A stretch of DNA of 64,000 nt. It comes from Tubiluchus corallicola. Its lineage: Eukaryota > Animalia > Priapulida. The DNA is taken from assembly GCA_030141605.1 (NCBI GenBank), contig JAQGDQ010000111.1, positions 372,001 through 436,000 of the forward strand, read 5' to 3'. Below the pieces are notes generated by a model. It had not been told where the DNA came from and searched no databases. It saw nothing but the letters and a program-made list of their open reading frames with translations. Every line of letters starts with the position of its first letter. Position 1 is the first letter of the stretch. A program made the position numbers and the translations under genes. This document shows positions 41,920 to 53,861 of the stretch, one piece after another.

Positions 41920-44900
41920 TTAGTAAGCGTAAGCGTAAGGGGCAGCGCTAACTGTCTTCTTCTTCTTCGTCTTGCACGTTCCATCTGCAAATTGTGCATC
42001 ATACCACTCGTCCCCGGTCAGAACCTCCTTGACGCACTCCAGTCCATTACCACACTCACCATTTGCGCCCCACGGACCCCCGCATGATTCTCCAGGACCC
42101 TATAACGTTAAAAGAAAGAAACTGCGCAATCAGAATTCATCAGTCCAGTATAAAGTGTTATGGCTATCGTATTGACAGAAATATAGCGCAATAAGGATTT
42201 TTTTATATTTTCCGAATTTCGGGAACGTTTTAGGCGAGGAGCTGGCGGATTTACAATACTCTAAATTATTTATAGGTCAAATTACGGAATGCCAGAATGA
42301 ACCAGAAATTTTGCAGTAGTTAATTGATGGTTAATTATCAACCAATAAAAACCCGAATTGTGTTATACTCATCCATTACAATTCAATTCAATGCTTTTTT
42401 ATTTGGCAGATTTTCAACACAAAACATTAAATTATTTACATAATGATAATGACAATACGATAATAAAACAGGTAAGGTTTGACAATTGTACAAATCAGCC
42501 TTGAGGAGAGTAGGAGGGTGAGACTCACCCCGAGACTGCGCAAACACATGCCGTGCAGAAATACATATAAAATATTTCAAAGTTAAAACAGTATACAGTT
42601 ATAAAAACAATTATTGATAATAATATAGACAAATGAGATTAAAAGTATTTAAAAACGCTAATTAGCAGGTTAGTTAACGATTTACTAACAAATCAAATAA
42701 ATGCTTTTTAAAACATTGTAATTGAAATTCTTTTGCCCAAGGAGCAATTTGAGCCTATTGTTGGAGGGAGTACCATATGAAGGATTTCGATAACCGTAAC
42801 TAGTGTGAATGGCAGGAGGATAAAAGTTACCAATAGTTCTACGAGTAACATAGTTATGTATTTGTTGAACAGGAGTTAAATAATTGACAAATGTAGGAGG
42901 AAGGAGCCCATTATAATACTTGTACAGAAATAATAGACATTCGATACAATACATAGTGATACAATTCATTAATTCTAAGATATCTATGGCTATACTACAT
43001 ATGATTACGATTTGTTAACTGTGGCAGTTTATAAATGGTTCTAATACGTTTGTTTTGTAAAGACTGCAGAGTTTTGAGATTCGTATCAAAAGCAGATCCA
43101 TAACTTAATAATCCATAGCAAAGATAAGGGTAAACAATACCAAAGTAAACTTTTACATGAGTGTACAAACCTAATTTACATAATACACCAGAAGACTGGG
43201 CAAGTTTTACCTTTATAAAATTTATATGCTGTTTGCAAGTCATTTTGTTGACTAAAATTACCCCTAAATATTTAATATAAATTCCTTTTCTTCTGCATTG
43301 CACCCATTAAGACAAACTTTGTTAAGAGAAACAACCTATATTTGTCAGCACACTGCCTTATTTTTGGTTACGAAATAACCGATAAGGAGGTCTGCTTCGC
43401 CGTGATGTTGTTGTTATCGCTCATGTAATATGTTTTCAGTGCACCTTGATTTTCTATGAAGCTTGACATTGTGCAGTGAAACGGCTTCTCTTCTTTTAGT
43501 TATTCCAAGCTGATACCAAAATTGGCCATGCGGTGGGCAAAAACGTGATAAAACCAAAAACTCGACAACTGCGTAATTTTCTGAACATGGTGATAAACAT
43601 ATTTTTATTTTTATTTTATAAAGCCTAAACAGTCCAAACTAAACTGATTTGTACCCCCGGGCTTATACGTACACTGAAAATTGCAAAGTGTGTACGAAAT
43701 TAATTAACATTAAAGCAGCAGAGAAATGCACAATAGCGAAATGCATTATACTCTGTAAATTAGCCAATGTCTAACTAATTCAAATAGCACTGTACTGAAT
43801 ACTGACTAATTTCTACAGCGGAATCTTTTGGTCTCATTATAATCTCTGCTCTAATTTAAATATGAGAAACTATGATCATGGCTTGGTTGCGGGATACCAG
43901 ATGGGGGGGGGGTTGATATCTTATTCTGCGAAGCTAAATTATTACATTAACAGCTATGTTATTAGAGCTAAATAAATCGTAGAATTTTTGATCGGGTCTG
44001 CTTGCAATGCACTAAACGCAAGGTTATCGCAGGCGACTGCAACAAATGGTAAACCAAGTCCTCGCGTAACGGACTAGTTTTCAAAGTCCCTAGAACTAGA
44101 TTTTGAACTCAGCCAATTGGCAACGGTGACATTTTTTGTTAGAAGTTGTATCGATTACAGTCAGCGTCCTAACATACGCTAATATGGTTTTCAATTTTAC
44201 AACGCAGTTTATCTACAACGTTCAATTTTGCCCACTCAGCACATTATTCTGTGCTTACAACATCATAATTATTATATTTGTACTGTACCATGTAATATTT
44301 TGTTCAGGAAGGCAGTAGAAATAACAGTTAACACTGAGTAGATACTAGACACAAAGTATTTTTATTTTTACTATTAGTCTTCTATTTTTTTAAATAAACC
44401 ATTTATGTAAGTTAACTGTACATGTGTGTTCAAAAATAAATAATAATGACAATAATAAAGCTTAAGTAGGAGTTTGTCCATATTAAGTCAACATTTTTGG
44501 ACTAGAATGGTTAAGCGCGTACAAAAGTATTATAACTAATTTATTTTTCAAGTACTTAGGAAAATATTATTACATTGTATTTGTACTGTTCAGAAGTATC
44601 ATAATATACAAACCAACGTACTGTTACATATGCGTAGATCAGAACTACGGTTTAAAACTTTAGGCCCAGATTAGCCTAATGTTTTAAAAGAAAATTTAGA
44701 AAACATAGATGCACAAAATAAATATGTATCTATGTAAAGTAAATAAACAGATATACAAAACAGAAATGCAAATACAATGTAGTTGAAATACACAAATGAA
44801 TACACTTTAATAAATTAACTTATAAATAGATTATAAATGCCGATAAGGCGATAACTGAAATCAACTTACATACCAAACGCACTTAGTTTTCTAATTCGAA

Positions 44901-46206
44901 TTAATCGATAATTTATTCATTCGTTCTTTACTACTTTCTTTCCAATTTCTCTTTTACTTGATCATTCATTCTATCATTCATTTATTCGTTTTAGGTTTTT
45001 ATTCATGCTAACCAAGTGAATACTCAGTCATTAACAAAAGTTAAAAAGTATGTCAACACTCGTAATAATAACAACTTGCCTTTTTACACTCGTCGCAGCA
45101 TCCGCAGACATCCTTGCCTAATCCGTACTTACAGTCAGCCTCAGTTAGTTCGGGGATGTTGAATTCCTTGCAATAATCTGCTGGCGTCTCCCATCTGAAT
45201 CTGTCATAGCAAGGACAGGAAAGAGAATACGTTCTAGAAAGCAAATGAAATGAATGATACAATCATTGTTGCTACGTCACTGTAAGCATCCAGATTCTGC
45301 TGTTTTAACATCAACTGCTGATTGAAGCAGCAGCAGCAGCGGAAGAAACACCAACGCCAACACCAACACCAGCACCAACATCAATACCAATACCAACACC
45401 AACACCAACAAATACAGCAATAGCAAGCTGAGTGGTTTAAGAGATTGGATAATAGCATAAGGTTAATAGGATAATAGTATATCTTATACTAATTGCTTAA
45501 AGGAAAACAGGGTGATTTTTCAAATACTCATTTTCAAGTATGGTAAAAAGTATACATTTTAATGCAATTAATACTGCAAACGCGTTTCTGATAATTAAAT
45601 TATAGATTATAAAATCTTAATTAATGGTGGGCGAGCCCAATTAATGATGACATCACAAACTAACATAATTTCCAACAGCAAAAATATTCCACGAGCGTGT
45701 TACTCGTGTTTGCGAAAGCGAAAATTGAAGTACAGTGCAACTGTAAGATATTCAGTGCATTGTACTAAAACTAGGCAAGCTTTAAGATAAAAATTCAAAT
45801 TTCAAATATACTGCTGTGCTCACACATGAGATGTCGAACGTGTGTAGTTCGTCACAAACTAGCACATCTCAACTGAGAGGTACAGCACCTGTTTTTGTGC
45901 AATGGTCATTTGTTTGTTCATTCGTTCGTAAATTTTCATTCATTCAATCATTAATTCTATCATTTATTTATTTCTTACGTATTTGTTCATTCGTTTATAC
46001 AAACCATTCGTTAATTCATTCATTTGTTTTTTATTACTTTCTTTCTCATTTTTTCTTTTATCCAAATTATTCACTCAATAATTCATTTGTTCCTTTTAAC
46101 TTTTTATTCATTCAATGAATTTCATTCACATAATAATACAATAGAGTAACAGTACTTACTGTGCTATCAAGCCCACTCCAACGACTACAAGAAGAAGTCC
46201 CTTCAT
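41920..46206 (-). CDS. Secreted single insulin-binding-domain protein (IGFBP N-terminal domain only; SIBD/perlustrin-like), 126 aa
   Basis: Exons 46160-46206, 45080-45233 and 41920-42099 splice in phase to MKGLLLVVVGVGLIAQTYSLSCPCYDRFRWETPADYCKEFNIPELTEADCKYGLGKDVCGCCDECKKGPGESCGGPWGANGECGNGLECVKEVLTGDEWYDAQFADGTCKTKKKKTVSAAPYAYAY*. CGCCxxC and GExCGG..GxCxxGLxC are IB-domain hallmarks. Intron 2 has a GC donor. Confidence 0.92.
42380..43310 (-). mobile_element. Decayed 3' portion of a LINE (CR1/L2-like) in intron 2 of the IB-domain gene
   Basis: IKYLGVIL...HINFIKVKL...YFGIVYPYLCYGLLSYGS...LQNKRIRTI matches the post-RT region; frameshifted; ends in AATAAA plus a short (TGAAT) tail on the minus strand. 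Confidence 0.88.
45497..45903 (+). mobile_element. Truncated copy of a TTAA-flanked non-autonomous DNA element (Kolobok- or piggyBac-like)
   Basis: Begins TTAAAGGAA; long homology to 57625-58245 and, inverted, to 60144-60594. Confidence 0.75.
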
Positions 46207-46290
46207 TTTTCACTTGATTAGGAGAGAGCAAGGCTTTGACGACTCTTTCAGAAAGAAATCTTTGAGAACAAACTGGATGTGCCGCACATC

Positions 46291-46301
46291 CACTTTTATA
46301 T
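46291..46301 (-). promoter_or_regulatory. TATA box of the IB-domain gene
   Basis: ATATAAAAG on the minus strand about 90 bp upstream of the ATG at 46206; a second TATAAAAG lies at 46332-46339. Confidence 0.55.
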
Positions 46302-46569
46302 TGTACTCAGCAAAGTGGCCCTTATCAGTGGCTTTTATACTTTACAAAATGGTGGCAGTGCTTTTAACTAATTTGTTTGTAATGTGGGCACTTTGACGAC
46401 TCTAAAATCCAGGTCACAAGTATAAAATCTGTTGGCGCATTCAAATGTCGTTTTCACAATTTCGATCCTGTTAGCCAATGATGCGGGTTGACGTGTGTAA
46501 CATGTGGTTAAACACTTAGGTTAATTTTAGCCAGTATCATGGTGACTCTTTTTGTTGCTCAAATGTGAG

Positions 46570-46680
46570 CGTGTGTGTGTGTGTGTGTGTGTGTGATGGT
46601 GTATGTGCGTGCGCGTGCGCATTTGTGTGTATGTGTGTGTGTGAGGGTGGGCGTGTGCGTGTGTGTTTGTGTATGTGTGC
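46570..46680. repeat. Degenerate (GT)n microsatellite
   Basis: Direct reading. Confidence 0.92.
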
Positions 46681-46979
46681 TCATTTGTCTTGGGTGTGAT
46701 TATTTCTTTCTTGTATTTAACTGTAAACAAATAAATGATTAAAAGTACGAATCCATGTTCGCGTAATGCGTGATACGTACTCACACGAACGTGACGGCTA
46801 TCGTCTGAAGATGCATCACGCATTACGCGCACATGGAGCTGTAGCTTAAGTCACAAAAATATCTGCACGTTAAAGTGGTCGTCAGCAGTTACAGTTTTTG
46901 TGCTGGTAGTTTTAAGTTTCATGTCAGGGAATCATCCGCCACAGCATCGTAACTATTAGCCAATTAGCAATAACACATG

Positions 46980-47607
46980 CAGTAGCGTGCAGAGGGTGGA
47001 TGGACCTGGGCATCCATGTCTGGAGGGCATCCAAGCAGAGTGAAATAAAAATTTGGTTTTAGAAATTTGAAATTGTCTCTGTTAACTTCGTTGTGCAAGC
47101 GCCGTACAGTCCCACTAGCTGGTGTGAATGTGGATCCGTGTTTTGATCCACCGGAGTAGAAAATCTGATACGTCTAAATACTGTGCTTCCGATTAAGACA
47201 CTACAAAGTAGCATAAGTAGATTACTGCTTACAATCGCATTTTTAATCGCAAGTGTGAAAGGTCATTTTCAAAACTGAAATGAATAAAAACACATCTGAG
47301 GACTTCCACATCACAAGAGCGACTGAACAACACTTTAATCAGCATTGAAAAAGAATTCCTCACAGTCGATGTAAAAAATGAAGTACTTCAAGTATTTTCT
47401 GGCAGGAAATCTCGTTTGGGGAATCGAACTTAATAAGCGGAGTCGATTTATATTTAATTTGAATAAAGTCATCTGTTTCTACGCATTTAAAATGTCTTCC
47501 TTTCTCACATTTCTCAGTACTAGGCCCTAAAGGCCCCCTACTTGAGTGTTAAGGGCATGCAATAAAAGAATTGGACCTGGGCATCACCGAACCTCTGCAC
47601 GCTACTG
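46980..47607 (+). mobile_element. Non-autonomous hAT element with a decayed transposase C-terminus
   Basis: Perfect 16-bp TIRs CAGTAGCGTGCAGAGG / CCTCTGCACGCTACTG; TSD AACACATG / AACATATT (6 of 8); remnant CERSFSKLK*IKTHLRTSTSQERL near 47255-47330. Confidence 0.9.
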
Positions 47608-48169
47608 AACATATTAAGAACACCTAGCTGCTGTGCTTACCCTGTTACGAGAAGTGCAGAAACTAGTGAAATTAACAGGCTCGATCCTCTTCTCAACGTC
47701 CGAACTTAATCAAACCGAAGTTTTGGTTACGATTTATTTCCTTAAACTGTTCCTGCTGTGCTTTGCAGCACGTCACATCTAGTAATTTGATTCTCTACAG
47801 AAAAATACTAAAAAACGAGAAGTTATGGAATTTCGAATAGGCGCCTACACCTACTGATGAGCGTTATATAATAGTTAAGCTTATGTGGGCACACTTAGTT
47901 GGCAGCATGCAAGCAAGAACTTTGTGGACTGGCTGAAGATAACCTCATAAGGTTCTTATACTTGTATTGTACATAAGAATAGTGCTAAACGTTTTAGAGG
48001 TTCATTTATGCACAGTTATTTTATTATATGATTCCCATATTACCAAATGCAAGTGCCATGTTCATATTCAGGATAGAAACCCAAAATATTCATAGTTAAG
48101 AGCAAATTAGGTGTTTCAGGTTTACAGTATTATCCCACAGGTCATCATTGTAGCTGGTGTCACAACCGA

Positions 48170-48340
48170 ATGTTGGTAAAAATTGCACAGGTAAAAATGG
48201 CATAAATGGAAAAGTAGGTAAAATGCCGCACGAAAAATGGCACAGGAAACATGCCACAGGTAAAATAGCACAGGAAAAATGGCACAAATGGAAAAGTGGG
48301 TAAAAATGGCACGGGAAAAAATGGCACAAACGGAAAAGTT
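48170..48340. repeat. Degenerate minisatellite with core AAAATGGCACA
   Basis: Core repeated about ten times with variants; explains the three overlapping low-complexity ORFs at 48096-48355. Confidence 0.85.
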
Positions 48341-48646
48341 AGTTCCATGTTCCATTTCGAGAAAGACTCGCTTGTAAAACTGTGTAACGCTGTCTATAAC
48401 TTTTGCTTATTAATGCGTATAACCATGTAAGCTGACTTGTTATGTAAATGCATAAATTTTCCACTGTCGTACTAAGTGTTGCCATTGTGAATACTTTTTC
48501 ATCATTATTAACGTTACTACCACGTAATGTACAAGTTGTAATGCTGATTTAACATTAGACCAACAAAATATTCTACTGTAGGAGTACTAAAATATCGGAA
48601 ATTCACTTTTCTTTTCTTTTTAAATTTAGTTTAAAATTTGTTCACA

Positions 48647-51600
48647 CTAGACTGATTCAAACTCTTGGTAACTTAAGCAAGAGATTGCTGTGGATGTGGA
48701 AGAGAATGTTGACTTCTCACTAGGTTGCCTAACTTTTACCGGTCCACTGTCCGGTGATGCTGCACTAAATAGATCTGTCACAGTGAACACGCTACATTCT
48801 TTTGTATCATTCTTTTCTAGAGTTTCTTCTGCTTTGTCCACATTTTTATTCCTTTTTGTTTTTGCCGATTTTGCTGTTGCGATAGAGAACTTTCTTCCTA
48901 TCACGTGACAGTTTTTTTCTGTTTCATTCTGCTTGATGTTTTCTGTAATGACATGTTCTTTATTTACCTTTGCACTGGGCAAGGCAGATAAAGGTGTTGG
49001 CAGCGACTTACACAGTTTTTCCCAAAAATTTGGATCTTTAACATGCAAATACGTATACGACTTTAAATAATACTTCATTTCGAGGTCTAATTTTTCTTCT
49101 GGCACCTCTTCACGCACAATGACTAGCAAACGATACAATGGGGTGCCCAAGAGTTTAGTAAACGAGGCTTGGAACTCGAACTTGCACCAGCCGCTGCTCG
49201 CAAATTTCGTTGACAGCACCAAGATGGTAGAGCGGCTTTTTTCAATAGATTCCACAATGTTACTAGAGATGTACTTGCCGGCCATAAAGTCCCGATCATG
49301 AACGCATAGCCGATAGGGTTGCTCCATGTTCTCCAAGTACCTGAGCAGTACACTCTTTACCCATTCGAAATCATCGTGGTGAAAGGCAATGAAAGCATCA
49401 TACTCTTTCTTTTCAAGATCCTCATTTTCAACAGAGGCACTTTTCTTTGGTGCTTTTTTGTGTCTTACAAATAACACCACAACGGCCAGTGGCACGACTA
49501 AAACCATCAACGCAAGATACATAAAGCCATTTCTGTTTTCTCCTCCTATTTCTTGTGGGAACTTACATACAAACATTTCTGATGGAAGATATGCTATAGG
49601 AGTTGTTCTGTATTCAGCTAACTCGTCAACAAGAGGACCGCTATCACAGAATGTCTCATTGACGAGAGGAATCTGCTCACGATTTTCATAAAACCAGTCT
49701 TTAATCCAAGAATTATTACAGTTACAATTGAGTTTATTTTCTACGAAAGAAAACACTTCAGTGCCCAAGTCTTCCAGGGTTCTGTTTTTTAGAAATTCCT
49801 CGTCAGGCAAGGTCTGAAAACTATTTCTGCTTAGACTTATAATCAAAACTCCCCACGAAAAAATTTCTCGCAAAGATAAACTCTCTTCTGTAAGATCATT
49901 GCAACTTAAATCAATGAAGGCAAGAGGTTTTGTTATATTAAGGAACTGTCTTAGGTCAGCAAGTGAAAACTTTGTAAAAAAGTTGCCAGACAAATCAATA
50001 AAACTCGTAACAAATGGGTCAGTCACATTTGTGGCAAAGAAAGCAATTGCTATTTGTGTCAAATTTACAATTCCTAAATAACTACAGTCTACAAACAAAA
50101 CTCCCTCGGTGGGTACGTAATCAGCTGTGCTGTTTTCTTTAGGAAACAGTTGTAGTTGGCAAGTTGCATTTTGCCTGTTAAAACACTGATTCAACATGCG
50201 TACTTCACTGCGAAATTTATCAAACTTAAACTTGACCTCGTGATAATTCACAAATTCATACTCTGTGTAGAATGGCTCGTAACAATGCACATTATAAAAC
50301 TGTACATATAAGGAGATATTTCGCTGGTTGTTATATGCAGCCACTAGAGGGCCATCATCAGCAACAGTGTCACAACCACAGTAAAATGGATTTAAATCTG
50401 CTATTACATCCAACTGTTCTTTGTTGTCTTTGGCGTAATAGATGTTGGTCATATTCTCCACAAATTCGGCAATGTCTGTTAAGTTATTTCCAGACAAGTG
50501 CAATGTTGTTATGTGTGGTGTATTCTGAAACCATTCAACGTTAACTTGTTGTAGGTAGTTATTGATCAGTTCAAGATGGCGCAGGTTGAGCAAATCCGAG
50601 AAAATGTCGTCGTGGAAACTCTGTGATGTAAGGTCATTTGCACTTAACATTAAGTGTTCTAGTTGAGTGAGGCCTTTGAAAACTCCCGATGGCAAACCTG
50701 CTTCTAAGAAGTTATCTATTAAGTTCAGTTCGACTAAACTTTTTGCAGATGAAGCAAAAAAAGTTTCTGGAATATATGAGAGAAAGTTATCTTGAAGACT
50801 GAGCTTTTCCAAATAAAAAAGCGATTCAAATGCTTGCTGGTCCAAATCGCGAATGCTGTTAGAGGCCATATTAAGGATTTTCAATTGCTCAATGCCCCAG
50901 AACATGTTTCTGGAAATGGAGGAAATGTTGTTGTACTCTAAATTTAACTCAAACAAATTTTGAAATCCACAGAAGGCTCCAGCAACAACTGTGCCAATCT
51001 GAGCATCGACAAGGCTTAGGGTTTTCATTGGTCTAAAATAAGGCTCTTCAGCACAGCCATTCTCTGTCACACCCAAATCTACCAGTACTGGAAGTAAATC
51101 AATTTTGCAGTTACTTATATGAAAACTCGTCAGTAGTTTATAATGCAGAAGTACGCCAGATGGCACTGACATGCGTAATGGCGCTTGGCACGTTATGTTG
51201 ATAAGCGATGCGTCAAAAATGTCTGGCGGTGCTGTCAATAATGTTGCGTGCAAATCAAGAATTAGATCTTCTTCGGCAATTCCTAGAACAAAGAATACAA
51301 TTCTTGTACTATTAATATAACGAATGCTCAATTCGTCAATGGTAAGCAATTTTGTTGGATATTCCAAACAACTACAAACACGGAAAATAAGGAAGAAAGG
51401 GCAGTAAATAAAGAGAATTACTATGTAATAACAGCCTCGGCAGCAGCAGCAGCAAAAAGCAGCATTAGCCGCAAATGTATAAAACCTGTATAATAGTGGA
51501 TTCTGTGTGGTTTCCGTATGTCCAAATCATTAGTGCTACAGGTAAACCGGCGCACATGAAGCAAAATCTGTCAGCAAAAGCACGTTTGACACAGATTTTT

Positions 51601-52942
51601 GCTCGTCTGGTTCGATCAACTTTGTAACAACGCAGACTTTTAATAAACGTGTCGAATTTTCAGTCTCAGTCAAGCTTATCTTGCTCTCCTGTCCAGGTTG
51701 CTAGAAAAATTGTACGAAAATTCAACACGGTAGAATTTCTCGCAAAGATAAACTTCTTTTGTAAGATCATTGTATTTGCATCATTGTATCATAATGTTTG
51801 ATTTAGACTAGAGCCTGAATTTTGTGGTAAATTTTTGTCAGTATTTTTGAACTGTGTTGTTATTTGTTGTTAATATCACAAATTTATTTTTTCTAACTCC
51901 GTGCCAATTTTTGTAATGTTCTTGGTGGATTATAACATTATTATTGCCAATAAAATACTATTATATGATCTTGGTTTGATCTAGCTTTGCTTTAGGCTAA
52001 ATCAAAGCTAGATCAAACCATAATCAGATCAAGACAGATCGAACCAAGCCAGATCGAAATTAAATAAAATTTATCTAATCTTATTTTTTGCCTTGTTTTA
52101 AACCATTTAAAGAGCAATCGCTTTGTTGCCCGTCATCATTATATTACCATGCCACAGATTGCTTCACACAAAAGCTATGTGGAGACAAATCTTGTCTGAG
52201 ACGAGTGCTAAATACTACTACCAAATATTAATGGTTTAAAAGCAAATGAAACTAAAAATACGCTGAGATAATATAATCGCCGAAATGATGTTTTGTAACA
52301 GCAACTGTTAATCACAAGTGTCACTTGCCGACCCGGTAATGCATGCTATCATTTTTTGCGTAATCAGGGAAATTGTGTTCTAAAATCGCTAATTAGCGTG
52401 AAACAATATTTAACCTTGGTTATGCTGTTAGCATTATTGGTAGTTTCTATAAACACTCAAACAAGTGAAATAGACCTTTAGGTAAATTGGACAAAACCGA
52501 TGATTTGGACTATTTTGCATTCTCTACGTACTGCACTGCTCAAATAGTAATATTTAAATCCAATCACAAAATTTATTGTGTTGTGTTGCATTATAATTAT
52601 GTATAGACCAAATTAAGGTTTAAGCCTGATTGCAAATCATTGGGCTTTTAACATTGATTTTACATATTTGAAGCTGCCAGTTTGTTGGTTGTACTCTAAA
52701 TATTAAATGTAAAAGCTGATGGATAGCATTCCAGGTGAAATCCAATTCTATTTAAATAGCATAAGAGATATCTGTATTATACCTGATATCAGAGTTTCGA
52801 AACCGAATTCTCCGTCATCTAGGTTTACTCGATTCCATTTTATGTCGGCCAGGAGCAAATCAGACTGCCTAGTACGCTGATTTTCTTCCCTTGCAGCAAA
52901 AACGTAGAACAGGCCAAGAAAGAGGATGAGTATTGGTTTCAT
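48647..52942 (-). CDS. Toll-like receptor, multiple-cysteine-cluster (mcc/P-type) architecture
   Basis: Main exon 48647-51371 encodes LRRs (LxxLxLxxN), an internal LRRCT NPFYCGC, an LRRNT-like C..C..VDCS, further LRRs, a second LRRCT NKLNCNC..C..C, TM FMYLALMVLVVPLAVVVLFV and a TIR domain (EYDAFIAF, LCVHDRDFMAG, SGWCKFEF, FW). Signal-peptide exon 52783-52942 (MKPILILFLGLFYVFA). A tentative small exon 52325-52379 reconciles the phases; 5' splicing is not fully certain. Confidence 0.93.
51972..52020. repeat. Near-perfect palindrome in a TLR intron
   Basis: TGGTTTGATCTAGCTTTG pairs exactly with CAAAGCTAGATCAAACCA; inner TTTAG/CTAAA extends the stem. Confidence 0.9.
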
Positions 52943-53760
52943 TATAATATTCCGTCGCTGTTATCGCCAACTTTTCTGATCTGGAAATTTCCAAATTATT
53001 AAAATGAATAATGTGAACTAAGTTTCTTTGCTTACCCGTGATTAGGCACACATGGGCAGCCTTGAATAATGCAACTGTAATCTTAACTTGTCTACGTTAT
53101 TAGGTTTATCTGATAGATATATATAAAGTGTAAATATACCAGACGGTTGACAGGTTTGGTTAGGCCAGCGTGGTACCGGCACATCTACGTTTAATTAATA
53201 ATGGACTATAATAATGGCATTTAATTTAAAACATTAAACTAACCTATGCTTTTTTGTTATTTTGCCATTGATATACATATACATGTGTTTCATACACAAC
53301 TGTATATTGCTTAGGTGCATAGTTAAACAAAGAACAAATAGAACAAGTGAAAAATTTGTCACTTTCAATATATCTGACCAGATTTTATCTGCAAATTACA
53401 TATTCTATACACTACATATCACGAACCAAAGAGTTGGATTATTTGGTATACTTTCCACATTGCATTACTCAAATAATAAAAATGAATTCCCAATAAAATC
53501 CTTTTCGTGTATTTGTATAAACGCGTATTGTGTTTGAGTGTGTACGTAAATATGTGCTGTTTCTGTATGGCTGAGTGTTTTTTCATTTTTTGTAAAGCTT
53601 TATAGTTTTATAGTCTACGAAACAACTTTGAGACAAAATAATTATAACTATGCATAATTATGCATAGGCAGGTCAATGTTTATTAATGCATGACTGTATA
53701 CATATACATATACATATACATACATATATATATATATATTACAGGATGTATAAGATAACA

Positions 53761-53861
53761 TTAAGAAAAAGCAAAATTTAATTTTAATTTTAAAGCGTGA
53801 CGAAACTATCATTTTCTGCTTGTTTCTTTTAAAATTAGAATTAAATTTTGCTTTTTCTTAA
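53761..53861. repeat. 34-bp inverted repeat around a short spacer (MITE-like foldback)
   Basis: TTAAGAAAAAGCAAAATTTAATTTTAATTTTAAA matches the reverse complement of the right arm with one mismatch. Confidence 0.85.

Noticed and set aside
48096-48355. Three overlapping Cys/Phe/Pro-rich ORFs
   Set aside because: Products of the AAAATGGCACA minisatellite.
52983-52992. Palindromic kB-like site GGAAATTTCC 40 bp upstream of the TLR ATG
   Set aside because: It coincides with the likely splice acceptor (TTTCCAG on the minus strand), so it is explained without invoking NF-kB feedback.
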